A stretch of 60,164 nucleotides of DNA, the filler included, from Hausera hauseri (taxonomy: Eukaryota): the NCBI GenBank assembly GCA_046269625.1. It is 10 parts of 10 records of this genome, joined end to end, with 100 filler letters (N's around TTAATTAATTAA, not from the genome) between each part and the next. Parts side by side here need not be neighbours in the genome. Positions count along the whole stretch, not along the records: positions 38,930 to 43,702 come from JBJURY010441246.1; positions 43,803 to 47,919 come from JBJURY010750320.1; positions 48,020 to 53,674 come from JBJURY010212522.1; 7 more parts are not named here. One strand, written 5' to 3'. Each line of letters begins with the position of its first letter. Position 1 is the first letter of the stretch. The notes under the pieces are model-generated. The model saw nothing but the letters and a program-made list of their open reading frames with translations. It was not told the origin of the DNA and did no database searches. Below, one piece after another: positions 38,930 through 51,950 of this stretch. The translations under genes were made by a program, and so were the position numbers.

Positions 38930-41900
38930 CAACATATCCCGAACTGTTCGGATGACCCTTTCTGCCAACCCGTTAGATTGATGTTGAAACGGACTGCTGA
39001 ATATTTATTTAATTCCGTATTCCTCGAAAAACTCCAAATTTGCTTCCCGAAAAACACTTTCCGTTGTCGGTCAAAATTGACTTCGGTTTTCCAAATCTGT
39101 AAATCCATTTCACCAACATGCACTCGATAATTGTTTCTTCCATCTGCTTCCGTATTTCTGTTAAACTCACCAGCTTTCAAAACTGATAAATAATAACCAA
39201 CACATACGGATACATGCTATCTTTGTCTCCGACATACGCACTATCCATTACCAATTGGTCCAGAAAAGTATCACTCTTAACAGGAACGTACTTCTCTTTG
39301 TCTTTTTAGTTGGAATTTCCCGACGTAAGCATCCTTTCACTTTTTTCAATGACAGTAGATAGATGTGAGCACACCAATCCAACCCCCCTCCCCAGGGAAG
39401 GAGAAAAAAAGTGGTTCGTAATGAGTCATGGTGTAGAAAAAAGCGATACACGCACACACGGTAAAAAGGGCGGAGATGGGCGACACGGTCATGAGAGTGA
39501 TACACACAAGCACGCGTACTGTATGGATTTAAGTCGGGTTTAAAATTTTGAATTTCGCGCCAAAAATTTTTTTGTTTAAATTTTGGCTGTGAACAAGGGG
39601 ATTTCTGGCTCGGATTGGGTTTCACTATTCCTACCTCATTTTTGTTTAAATTTTGCAAAGCTGCTATAAATACCCATGTGAAAGTGTCACTTGTGAAAAA
39701 TGTCTCAACCACATATCTTGGCCAGAAATACCTTTCTTCACAACCAAAATTTAAACAAAAAAATTTTTGGCGGGAATTTCAAATTTTTAAACCCGACTTA
39801 AATCCACACAGTAAGCGTTCTTGTGTATCACTCTCATGACCGTGTGCCGCCCATCTGCGCCCTTTTTACCGTGTGTGCGTGTACCGCTCTTTTCTACCTC
39901 ATAACTCATCACGAACCACTTCTCTTTTCCTTCCCTGAGAGGGGCGGTTGGCTTGGTGTGCTCACATCTAACTATTAATGACATCTACTTTTGATAAACC
40001 CAGAACTGCGAAGTGATGTTGACTATATCGTTTTGTCTTCTTCATACCCAGATGGCATAGATCCACATGTATCTTCTGGATGAAATATTTCCGCATATTG
40101 TTGGAACAACTGGTACTCTGTGGTTCAGATCTTTATATACCTTGAAACTGTCTGTCATTTCCAATTTATTGATCATATTGAGAATCGCTTTCGAGAGTTG
40201 AACGTTTTCCGCCGTTCAGCTGTCTAATCGACATTTTACTTGTTGTATTTCTGTACATTTTTCTTGTTCATTTTTCATCCTTTGCAAGGTTGACCTGACC
40301 AATAATGAATTAATGTGCCTTTTTATGTTTCGGATCAGCATGTCTTGTTTGGCACTGAGCACACATCCTCATACAACCGCGACAGTCTATCTGCATTTCC
40401 ATGTTGTTCGCTTTTCCTATATTCTAGTGTGAAATTAAAATCTGTCATGTTTTCAGCCACGTTTGGAATTGCGGTTTTATTGGTTTGGTTGCTGTTTTCA
40501 TACATACCAGTGATTTATGACAGGTTCTAACCGTGAAGTGCTTACCATACAGATACTGTTTAAAATACTGCATAAACTATTTTAAAGCCAACAGTTATTT
40601 TCTTCTGAAGCAGTAGCCTTTCTCAAAAGATGAATGTTATCGACGCATACGCTACTACCTTTTCTTCATTTCCTATTTGCTGGCTAAGTACAGCTCCGAT
40701 TGCACCAAGCGATGCGTCTGTATCTAAAATAAAGTCCTTCGTTGGATCCATGAAGGTTAATATTGGCGATTCATATAGCTTCAATATCAATGGCTTGAAA
40801 CTTTCCTCACACTTCTTTGACCAAAAAATTTTTTTACAAGTACTCTTTCAAGCCGGATGCAATGGCACCTCAATGAGCGCGTAATTTTTGGTAAACCTTC
40901 TTTACTAGTTGGCCAGACCTAAAAGCGCTCTCAACGACCGCGTACACTTTGGGACTGGATAATTCTGGATTTCTATTACTTTTAGTCGATTTGTTGACAC
41001 TGCATGATTACTAATGGTATGTCCGAGAAAAATCAACTCCGAAACACTAAATCTATATTTTTGGGCATTTACTTTCAGATTTGCATTTTTTAATCTTTTG
41101 ATCACCAAGTAGTTTGCAATGTTCCGAAATCATCTTTGAGTAAATCAGCACGTCATCCAAGTATATGACAACACCCGCAAACAGTAAGTATTTGAACAGT
41201 GTATTCACTAGTCGCTGAACTGTTTTCGGGTCAGTTGAGAAGCCAAATGTTACTCGGTTAAAGCAATTTTGTTGCCACTTCATGAAAAAGGCTCTTTTCT
41301 CTTGAAAGTCGTCGTCCAACTCGACTTGATGATATGCTTTACAGAGGTCTATACTTGAGAAAATTCTAGACCCACCTAACGCATCAGATAAGGTCTGACT
41401 TTCGGAAATTGGAAATAAAATTTTCTTTGCTATTTCATTTAACTTCCTAAAATCTAAACAAATTCGGATTCCCCAAATTTCTGTTGAGTAACCATTAAAT
41501 GGGAATTCCCTTCACTTTTGCTTTACGAATAATATCAGCTTTCACCAAGTTTTTGAAAGATTCTTCAATTGTACCTTTCAGATATGCTGATTGGCTTCTA
41601 GGATTCAGAAAAATTAGTTTACCCTCAGTTTCGATTCTAGGTTTTACCAGATCCGTAAACCCTAAGTCGTAATCATATTTCATAAACACATCATAGCGTT
41701 TTATAACTTCCACTAATTGGCTCTCCGCGATTTCCATTTTTCCCTTTTGTCACAGCTTTCATCTTCTTCGATCGAGATCCAATAATGCCGGTTTTAATCA
41801 ATTTTACATCATATGCCGTTAAAATATCCATACACCAATAACTTTCGACCTGATTGTTTTACTACTATCAATTCAGTCTTATGTAGATCAGAATCCGACT

Positions 41901-43250
41901 CCACATTGACTTTTATCTTCCCAAACAACCATCACGTTTTGAAAGGTTCCACTCAAAATTAAATCTCACTTAGTTAGCGTAAGTTTTCTGATCGCCTACC
42001 AAATCTTTTTGCTGATTACTGACACACGGGCTCCAATATCAAGCAACACTTCTATTTTACACTTGTTCAACTTCACTTTACTCCATCACCGTCAGTCTTT
42101 TCCCACGACCATTTATGCATCTCGATTTTATAAATTTTCTACGCCAACTCCACTGACGAAATGGTCACAACGGAGTTCGAGTGTTTAACGTTTCATGCAC
42201 GTTTTCTTCATATGGTACTATTTCATCCATATGTTCTTCATACATCTCTTCAACACACACATATCGGATTTACCTGTCGTAATTTGAAACAGTTTCTAAA
42301 TCCGTGTCCACTTTTTAACATATGAAACATAAATTGTTTAAATGGCGGTTTCTTCTAATGTGTCCATTTTTCCACAGCAAAAACAATCAGGCTTAGATAG
42401 CACTTCCTCTTTTGGCGCTGGTAACTATTTCACGTGGCAGTAGAGCTTTCTGGCTTCACGATACGCAGAATACGTTGGACCTTGTCTTCTCCTATATGTG
42501 GCCAAATTGAAAGATGATTTCTGATCTCTTTTCGTACCTTTTTTTCTCGGATATTCTGTTACACTGTTGTGTATGACCGGTCTTCTGTCATATTCTATGG
42601 ATTTTACGTACGGTGTCTTTTCTACATTTCTGTTTCGAGCCTTTACCGTATCGCGGAATTATTTCTTCACTGCAGCCACTTCTTTGTATTCTTCTACGAT
42701 TTGACTATCCTCCAAAATTTTAGTCCCCTTTCTCATCTCTTCTACCATCATTTTTGGTTTGATAACAAACCGCTGCTTTAGCACTTTTGAGCTGATTCGT
42801 TTTTTCAGAACTTATTAAACGAATTCTTCTTTGTCCAACTCAAAAATTTTATCGGTTTCTTGGCGCATCCTGATCTCAAATGTCAAAAATTTTTCTCCTT
42901 CCTTTTGACACATTATGGTCAATTGAAATATCTTATGGAGAGGGTTCACCTTCCTCATAAAAGTTGTTTTAAACCATATTATGACCTCTTCATTCGATGG
43001 ATGGTTCTCCTTTTTTGTTTAAAATCAGTCAACAGAATTCTGGCTTCATTTGTTAACAGGAATTCACATAGCTCTACAAAGAGCTTCAAAAAAATTTGCT
43101 ATCGTGTATCATATCTTCCAGCCATCGTTTTGTTTCATCCGTAAATGAACCATGAAATTTCAGAACTTAGGCACCATGATATTTACGGAAATGTTCGCTA
43201 TAGTCCAGAAGACTGGTATTACTCGGTCCCATGGTCCTGGGCTGATCACC
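38930..43250 (-). mobile_element. Heavily degraded Ty3/Gypsy element (gag with CCHC knuckles, PR, RT, RNase H, IN)
   Basis: Knuckle remnants about 42290-42390; VLLDIGARVSVI about 42040; IYLDDVLIYS; FILDTDASLGAIGAVLSQ; integrase H..HLG and WIYRFGKPKSILTDNG. Confidence 0.88.
39354..39976. mobile_element. 623-bp non-autonomous TIR element (about 255-bp TIRs, 6-bp TSD AATGAC) inserted in a Gypsy integrase
   Basis: Arms about 39354-39609 and 39721-39976 are reverse complements. AATGAC at 39348-39353 and 39977-39982. Starts AGTAG. Confidence 0.88.
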
Positions 43251-43807
43251 AGTTAAGAGCGGTTTGCTCGGTAAGATCGGCGGATCGAAATCCGGAATAT
43301 CACCTGACATTTTATCCGGCATTTCGTCCAAAGTTGAATTTGAATTGAAGTTTTAATTAAAATTTATTAATAACAAATTTGAAACAGATTTTCCGTTTAT
43401 TAAAAATAAATTATAATTTTAATTATTAATTATTTTTGAGCCATCACTAGTAAAATTAATTTCCTTGTTAGGATTATATTTAAGCACAGATAATGTTTAA
43501 AATTTGTGCAACAATTACTAGTCAAAAAAAGTACCTGTCGCAACAATTAGTTGGTTAACAATTACTTTTATTTATTCCACTTGTTTTAAAAATACAACAT
43601 TTCAGTTCGATGACAGATGAGGTAAAACAGGCGGCAACGCACTCTGGCTATCATGAAGACAGAAAGCTCTACTGCCACGTAAAATAGTTAGCAGCGCAAA
43701 AGNNNNNNNNNNNNNNNNNNNNNNNNNNNNNNNNNNNNNNNNNNNNTTAATTAATTAANNNNNNNNNNNNNNNNNNNNNNNNNNNNNNNNNNNNNNNNNN
43801 NNTAGTC

Positions 43808-44300
43808 GATAGAGAATTTTTTTCTGCATCTAACCCACTTGATTGCATGTCAATATGATTTTTCATTGCCGAGATATTTTATTTTGAAAAATTTTTTCGA
43901 AATATTCGAATCGATATATATTTGAATCCATAAGTTATATTGATTTGCGATCTGTACCAATCGATAGAGCTCATAAAACTGAACATTTTTCATGTAGGAC
44001 TCAAAAATATTTGGAAACTCGGTAATTCGAAAAATCGATTTTGAAAAGAATTTTTCGAATAATTCATGCTCAAGATAGAGAATTTCTTTCTCTATCCGAC
44101 AAACTTGACCTCACTTCAATATGCTTTTTCATTGTGGAGATATCACATTTTAAAAATTTTTTTCGAAATATTCGAATCTATATATATTCGGTTCCTTACA
44201 TCATACAGACCTGGGACCTATACCATCGGATAGAGCCCGAAAAGCTGAAAATTTTTCACTTCCAACCAAAAATATTCGAAAACTCGGTGAAAAGATATTC
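43808..44300 (+). repeat. Diverged tandem repeat, period 266 bp (about 2 copies)
   Basis: GATAGAGAATTT at 43808 and 44074; TTTTTTCGAAATATTCGAATC and AAACTCGGT recur at the same spacing. Confidence 0.8.
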
Positions 44301-44446
44301 AAGCTCGAAAAAAAATTTTTTCGAAAAAAATTTTCTATTAATACCATCAGATGCAAAATTCTAAAGTACACATTTTTCATTTTTCAAGATTTTCGAAAAA
44401 TTTCGAAATTTTCACTAAAAAATTTTCCCTGGAAAAATATTTTGGA

Positions 44447-44563
44447 GGTGGGAATAGTGAAACCACGATCAAGCCAATTGATTTTTTTGGGTGGGAATAG
44501 TGAAACTCCGGCTGGGCCAATTGGTTTTTGGGGTGGGAATAGTGAAACTCCAGCTGGGCCAAA
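44447..44563 (+). repeat. Tandem repeat, 3 copies of about 42 bp (GGTGGGAATAGTGAAAC...GCCAA)
   Basis: Core motif at 44447, 44490 and 44532. Confidence 0.85.
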
Positions 44564-44650
44564 ATTTCCCATATAAAGTATTGATTATCGATCCTGGGGG
44601 CCTCAAGATAGAAAATTTATATTGGCCCAGTGTCCTCCGTTCCCCCTACT

Positions 44651-47371
44651 AAATGCTGCTGCGTCAAAATCAAAAGCTTTCATACATCGGCCTGGCCTAC
44701 CAACAACCGGTTTTAAGTTTTTAATTATTTTCGATCGAAGAGGCCCTGGAAATCCGCCATAAGGCTCGCCAACAAGACCTTGAAAAGTCTCAACCATTGA
44801 CTTTGGAAGAGATAAATCTTCAGCTTTGTCAACCAATTCTTTCGCGCCTAATTTATTTTGCACCATAAATTGGACAAGATCACCGACGACTTTCGAAGAT
44901 GGCGTAACCTTAAAAGTATCTTTAAGCAATTCATGTGCAATGGCATATTTAGCTTTAACTTCTTCAAATTGATCGGCTAGACCAAGTGAAAACGATTGGA
45001 ATTGTAAATTTGTGTATTGACCACCAGGAATTTGATTGTGGTACACATTAGCATTTCCACTTCGCATTGTTGTAGTACATTCAAAAGGACAATAGAGTCT
45101 TCTTGCTTGGGCCCGGTAGGATGAGTAAATGTACAACTTTTCGATACACAATCCAGTATCTAAAGCGGTGTTCTTGAGACAAGATACGACAGCTCCCAAA
45201 GATGGCTGACTGGTCATTCCAGACATCGAATCAATTGTACAGTCAACTATACCAGCTTCAGCTTTTCCTGCAGCTTCCATTCCACCAATCAAATTTGGCA
45301 AATAGTTAAGACAGTCGAAAACACGGAAAACATCCATGCCTGTTTGAACTGCTAGTTCACAAAATTTGAAGACTACATTATATGGATAATTGGTATAACC
45401 GACTGCATTGTCATCCCTAAGAAGCATCTGAAAAGGAATATTAGGAATCAGATTTCGTCGAGTTTCCAGTTTTTCCCAAAGACATTCTCGCAAAAATCTT
45501 ATGGAAACATCAAATGTGGCTCCTCCCCAATTTTCTAAACTAAAAAATTTGATAAATTATGTGCAACGAATGGGCTAATAGCAGCTAAATCGTATGTTCT
45601 AATTCTAGTTGCCAACAAAGACTGATGTGCATCACGAAATGTTGTATCCGTAATTAAACAAGCTGGATGTTTCCAAACGGCCTTAGCAAATTCTGCTGGA
45701 CCTAATTCTAATAACTTGTCACGCCAACCTTTGGGCTATTCTGCGTCTGTGTCAATATGTGGTATCTTAGGACTCTGATCTGATGGACGTAATGAGATTG
45801 CTAACATGGTAACATGACCGTTGACCGTAACATTACCTAAGAATTTTAATAACTTTTGAGCACGGTTTAGTGATGGTTTGAACTGAGAGTTCTGGATGTT
45901 CATCAATGAAACATGTATCCACGCTTCCGTTAGGGAATCTTTCGTTTCAAGAACATTGAACAAAAACGGAGTATTTGTTTTAACTCCTCGAATTCTGAAT
46001 TCCATGAGTGATCGATGCATTTTTGCACATGCAAGACGAAAATTTAATGCATGTGCAATAACTTTACTAACAAATAATCGTAATATGGAGAAATTATGGC
46101 CCCAGCAAAGGTACTGGAAGAGTTCAACCGTATACCCATTTCTTCACAACTTCGGAAAACCTCTAAACGCCCAGAATGTGGTTGGAAATCTTTGGCTGGA
46201 TCTTCAGATGTAATCCGTTATTGAATTGAATAACCAAAGGGCTTAATGCGATCTTGATCAAGACCAAGGTCCTTCAGTGACTTACCTTCAGTAATCAAAA
46301 TCTGAGATCGTACCAAATCAACACGTGTATCATTTTCAGTTACCGTGTGTTCAACTTGAAACCTGGCGTTAACTTCAGTGAAATAGTGTTTATTCTGCAG
46401 TTCATTATAGAGAAGCTCAACTGTTCTTGCGTTTTTGTAACCAACAAATTTGGCTAAATTAACCGCGTCCGTCAACATATTGTGTCTAACATTTTCATTA
46501 AGATTTGGTGCTGGAGCTATTTCAACAATTTTCTGATGTCGTCTTTCAACACTACAATCTCGCTCATAGAGATGAACAACATTTCCAAATTTGTATCCTA
46601 ATATCTGAACTTCAATGTGTCTTGGCCTTTCAATAAACTTTTCTATGAACATATTACCATTTCCGAGAGCAGCCATAGCCTCTGATTGGACACGTTTAAA
46701 ATTTTTGGGCAACGCATTTAATTCACGATTAACACGCATTCCACGTCCACCGCCACCAAACGCTGCTTTGAGCATAATCGGTAAACTGTATTGTTCGGCA
46801 AATACCATTGCTTCGTCAACATTGTCAACTGGTTTATTCGTACCAGGCACTACGGTAACATTGGCATCGATTGCCGCTTTACGGGCCTCGACTTTATCGC
46901 CCATTTTCTGAACGACTTCGGCAGTTGGTCCTATAATTTTGATACCGACTTGAGTACAAGCCAGTGCGAATTCCGATCGTTCGCTGAGAAATCCATGGCC
47001 GGGATGAATAGCATCGACACCGACCTTCTTAGCAATTTCAATAAGTTCTGGAATGTTTAAGTAAGTTGCAACCGGTGCTAAACCGACTTCAATAAAATAC
47101 GATTCGTCGGCTTTCTGTCGATGCATTTGCATTTTGTCTTGTTCACTGTAAATGGCAACCGTTTTAATTCCCATTTCCGTACATGCACGAAAAACTCGAA
47201 TAGCAATTTCACCTCGATTTGCAACTAAAACTTTCTTGATTTTTTATGCGTAAAAACATGACTTTCTTTACTGTTAATATGCGATTGGTGAACTTTTCAA
47301 CAATTACAAGTTAATTTGGAGCAATTTCGAAATTTCGATTGTAGATTGGAAATCCGTAGAACGGACAACAT
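44651..47371 (-). pseudogene. PC: Mitochondrial pyruvate carboxylase pseudogene; intronless, internally deleted, 3'-truncated
   Basis: Presequence-like [107 protein letters not shown]; multiple stops and frameshifts. Confidence 0.95.
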
Positions 47372-48019
47372 GGTACTGATGTAATTTTGTGTCTAAGTAA
47401 AATTTGGACTAATGAACATATACTGTGTGTCGATAATATTTTTACTTTTTAAAACTATATGAATAAAGTCTTCAACACTTAAACAGTATATCAATAAATA
47501 AATGCAATTATATGACCTAACGTAACTCACTCAGGGTCATGTTAATTTAAATAAACAATCATTTAAATATTGGTAGATGCTAAATCGGCATAATCTTTCT
47601 TGGGTATAACATTTTGTATCATGTGCAATATTTATCATCAAAAATAGAGTAGAGTGTTGCCCCGTTTAAATTCCATGCCCCGGACGGTTTTTAAAATATA
47701 ACCGGGGTTTTTCAATTTTTTATGGTCAATTCAATTTAATCGTCCATTTAATTAAAGGTATGTGCATATTTAGGATTTATTAACAAATATGTTTTCCATA
47801 TTGGTGAATATCATTCTTTACATTAGCCCAATTATTAATCATCAAAACCTTGAATTACAGTATGATTGACAGTATAAAATAGTAAACAAATTTTGTTCTG
47901 TATGTAGGAATATTGGAATNNNNNNNNNNNNNNNNNNNNNNNNNNNNNNNNNNNNNNNNNNNNTTAATTAATTAANNNNNNNNNNNNNNNNNNNNNNNNN
48001 NNNNNNNNNNNNNNNNNNN

Positions 48020-48079
48020 TGGCGATATGATAAATAGCGATACAATAAATGGAGATGCGATAAATGTCGATATAATAAA
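48020..48079 (+). repeat. 15-bp minisatellite, 4 copies
   Basis: tggcgatatgataaa tagcgatacaataaa tggagatgcgataaa tgtcgatataataaa. Confidence 0.75.
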
Positions 48080-48099
48080 AGCAAATATCCATACAAAAA

Positions 48100-49790
48100 T
48101 TACGATAGTGGTGAAGTTAGGACTTGCTTTAGAACTTCAAATGCTCGTTGTTGTGATTCCTCCGAACTCCAAGCTGTTCCTTTCTTGGTTAATGCTACTA
48201 ATGGTTTAACTATTATTCAAAAAAATTATATACAAATTTCCTGTAGTAGTTGGCCATTCCTAATAGTCTTTGTAGCTCCTTAAGATATTTTGATGGTTCT
48301 AATTTTTTAAGTTTCTCCACATTTCTAGGGTTAGGTTGAATTCCTTTACTCGACAGTGTGTCCAAGAAAAGTGACGGTACTTTTAGCAAATTCGCATTTT
48401 CTCAACTTGATTTTTAAATGAGCTTGTTTCAGTCTGTCAAATACTTGTGAAATACCTTTTAAGTGTTGTTCGACGTTTTCAGAAAATATTATTACATCAT
48501 GTATGTACACTATACAACAGGTTACTCCTCGCAATACAAAATTCATACATCTTTGAAATGTGGCAGGTCATCCTGTCAAACCGAAGGGCATAACATTAAA
48601 TTCCCATTATCCGGTTCCGATAGAAAAGGCTGTTTTTTGTTTATCTTCTTCGGCAACTTCGAGTTGCCAAAATCCACATTGTAAGTCCAAAGTGGTGAAT
48701 ATTGCGGCATTTGTCAAGGCTGCAAGCATCTCATCTATCTTTGGTAATGGGTAATTATCCTTCTTTGTAACATTATTTACTTCTCTAAAATCGACACTAA
48801 ATCGTTGTACTGCGTCTTTCTTCTGCACTAATACTACTGGGGACGTCCATGGCGAGAAACTCGGTCTGATAATACCGTGTTCCACCATTTGTGCTATTTG
48901 TCTATCACATTCTTCTTTCTTAACTTCAGCCATTCTATACGGATTTTGTTTAATAGGATAGGTGTTCTCTGTAATTATATGATGTTGAATAACGTTAGTT
49001 CTGCCAATGTCATTATCATTCATAGCTATAATATCTCGATATTTATGAAATAATTGCAGTAATTTTTTCAATTTATATGGGGTTAAATCGCCGTCTTTAA
49101 ATTTGATATTTTCATCTTCTACTAAGAATGTTGCTGCGCATACCTTAACTGGTTGTAATTGTTCTAAATTGAGATTTTGCCGTAATCTGATGGCCTTTTT
49201 ATTGATGCTTTCTATTGGCAATTCTAAACATTGTACGCCTTTTGGTACAAATAAGGGATATTGTAAAATCTTATATTTTTGTTATTATATAAATTTTATT
49301 CAAACATCAAAGCTGTTTGTGGTATTGCGGTGGTATTGTTAACATTACTACTACTTGCTGTTGTGGTCCAATAATAACTTCATGAGTTAAAGCCACACTA
49401 ATATCCTCAAATGGCAAGTTAGTCAGCGTATATTTAAGGGTCTTAGATGATAAGTCCATCGAGATTCCTGAAATTTGAGACAATGCATTCATTTCTATTA
49501 CTAAGGGCACTGGAAAATTTTATCGTCCACCACAAACAGGGTGATGGTGTGTAGATTACCATCAATTCTTATTTTCATGTTCATTTTTCTTAGAAATTGT
49601 ACTTGAGTAAAGTTTGCTGCTGCTATTATCACATCACTTGGCATGATTGTTCCTTTTTGATCGTCGGGTAAATATTAATGGCGAATCCTTGACATTGATG
49701 CACCGGTATCTAGTAGTGCCATAATATTTAATCTGTTAAATTGTACACGGACATAGGGGTTATTTCCTGTTGTTATTGTTGTTTGGGTCA
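48100..49790 (-). mobile_element. Ty3/Gypsy protease + reverse transcriptase, degraded
   Basis: ALLDTGASMS; PIKQNPYR; IIRPSFSPWTSPVVLVQKKD..RFSVDFREVN..DNYPLP; KTAF; YIHDVIIFS (degraded YxDD); KCEFAKSTVTFLGH. Confidence 0.9.
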
Positions 49791-49931
49791 TAAAAATGAA
49801 TTTTGTATTATTTAGTAGAATATTCGTGGTATTATATTGTCGAAGTACGTTTGGTGGGCATGCAGTGCTGGGTAAGCAGGTGCATTCATCCAAATCTCTT
49901 GCCATAGGAAGATAATGCATGGATGTGACCT

Positions 49932-51950
49932 TTATTTCTTTATAATCAGGGTATTCTGGGAGGGTTTATAGTATGTTCGTGCTTCCGGTTCGAAGTGTTG
50001 TCGAGCTTTCTTCCTTAATAGCATATATCTGACCAGGTATTCGTCCACTGTTAACTTGATAAAGGCTTGTAACTGTTGCTCTAATTCTGGGACTAGACGA
50101 AGTTCTTTTCTTAATTTTTCAAGTTCTTTTGTATGCCCATACATCAATACTGATTGAGCCATTGAAGGAAAACATCCCAGCATAATTTGCCATGCACAAC
50201 CACGTACTTTCTTTATATTTCTTGTAGCTCCTATTTGTCTTAATATGACCATTATGGTAGTAATTATGACATATACCGAAAACTCCAGATATAACGTGAT
50301 CAAAAGTAAGGAATTTATTCCAGTAGTCGTAAGGGACCTTTTTATCTATTCTATCTAAATGGTCAATTAGCAATAACATTCCATAATTAGGTACACAATC
50401 TGATCCTTTTGTAACAGTATATGTGAATTCTGTGATGACATTTTCTCGGATATTCGGAAATAGTACTTGTTTTCTTACTGCTTCCAGGTCTGTTAAAGAA
50501 TATAATTCAGTGGAAGGATGTTCTCTATTTACTATAAAATTCATACCTTTATCTAATGGTAATAATCCAATCCTCTGTGGTATGTTCATCATAGTTGGTT
50601 GGCGTGTTTTAGTCCATATTCCGTCATTAGGTTTAAAAGCTGGATAGAAGTCTTTGTAACATGGTGCAAAGCTAATTTCGGTAGGTAATAACAATTTTCG
50701 GCTAATAGAATCTACGTATCTGATTTTAGTTATGTTTTTATCATTGTATTGGACCATTAATTCGTTCGTGCAATTTTCTTTTCGAGATGTTACCAGCGTT
50801 ACCTCTATCGGTAGGCATTGGTACACATGGAGTATTTCACCTTGTACTCTACCAAATGTTCCAGGGCCATTTCCCATAATTATGGCAATATGTTCTGGGA
50901 ATTCTCTGGCTAATATAAAGTCATGCTGGTATAATTTTTGAGTGATTTTACAATCTGTCAATACCACCATGTTATACAACTCAACTAAATCTATTTTTGC
51001 GGTGTGATAAATATAATCTATCTTGTTATTCGTGTATAGATACCACTTTATATCTTCAGTTGGTAACTTTCCTGTATTTGCAAGAGTTACGTTTATTACG
51101 AATATATCATCATAGGATGTAGAGTAAACTGTGTTCGAACCACAAGTAGATACTGCTCTTTTACGTGCCAGTACGATTTTATCTTTGTCACTGGATGACA
51201 TTAAAAATTTTAGGGAAATGGTCTGTTTCAAGGTTCGAGGGGTAGGTAAACTTATATTATGTTTATGTAGAGGTTCTTGGTATTCGTCATCGTAATATAA
51301 ATCACCTTGTATTTCATACATAGATACTTGTTTAAAGAAAGCTAGTGGACTTATTACAACCGTTTTTCCCAAAGTAGGGTGGATGCTCCTAGGGTACGTA
51401 CTCCATCGGAATATGTATAGGATAATGCGGTTAATATTTTTCCTGTGATTGCATCGAAATTCACTTTGTATTTTTTATAGTGACAGTATAATCTTCTATT
51501 TTTACTACGACAGATTCCTTTTGTCCATTTGTCATCATACTTTCTCCTTTACAAGTTTCACCGTATCCGGACCATATTTTTCCGCCTGTAACTATGCGTA
51601 ATTAGACTCGTTTTCCTATGCCTGCTTGTACTGGCTGTTGAAGGCCTACATGAATTGAATCAGTGGCTCTTCTACAATTTGCGGCTGCTAATGTCATGGG
51701 TTTGTGTAGTCCTGCTGGAATAATTACTGGATTCCACGAATTATGATCGCAGTTATAATCGAATACTACTTTATTAATTTGGCATTCCTTTACTTGCACT
51801 TGTTGATAACTGATCTTGATACAGTTTATAGTTGTAAGGACTTTTTTTCTTTACTGATATTGGATTTGCATTTTGACTTTTGCCTATATCCACCAGTGAA
51901 AGTCTGACTGTTATTTCGGGTTTGGAACTTCTAACGCTTTCGTGCTTTTT
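49932..51950 (-). pseudogene. Envelope-like glycoprotein resembling chuvirus-type G proteins; frameshifted; located upstream of pol
   Basis: VQVKECQINKVVFDYNCDHNS, LAREFPEHIAIIMGNGPGTFGRVQGEILHVYQCLPIEV..NCTNELMVQYN..YVDSISRKLL..APC..GIW; C-terminal hydrophobic segments (VYVIITTIMVIL; GCAWQIMLGCFPSMAQSVL). Confidence 0.75.

Noticed and set aside
39248-39984. ORFs 39248-39712, 39310-39543, 39615-39839 and 39787-39984
   Set aside because: They are mirror-image translations of the two TIR arms, not proteins.
43228-43255. PBS for the Gypsy element at 38930-43250 (minus strand TGGTGATCAGCCCAGG)
   Set aside because: The position fits, but I cannot match it to a specific tRNA 3' end or define the LTR.
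44447-44563. CRISPR-like repeat-spacer pattern
   Set aside because: Eukaryotic context, the intervening sequences are similar to each other, and there are no cas genes; it is a simple tandem repeat.
44651-47371. Bacterial contamination or horizontal transfer of pyruvate carboxylase
   Set aside because: It has a mitochondrial-type presequence, animal-like motifs ([17 protein letters not shown]) and pseudogene lesions.
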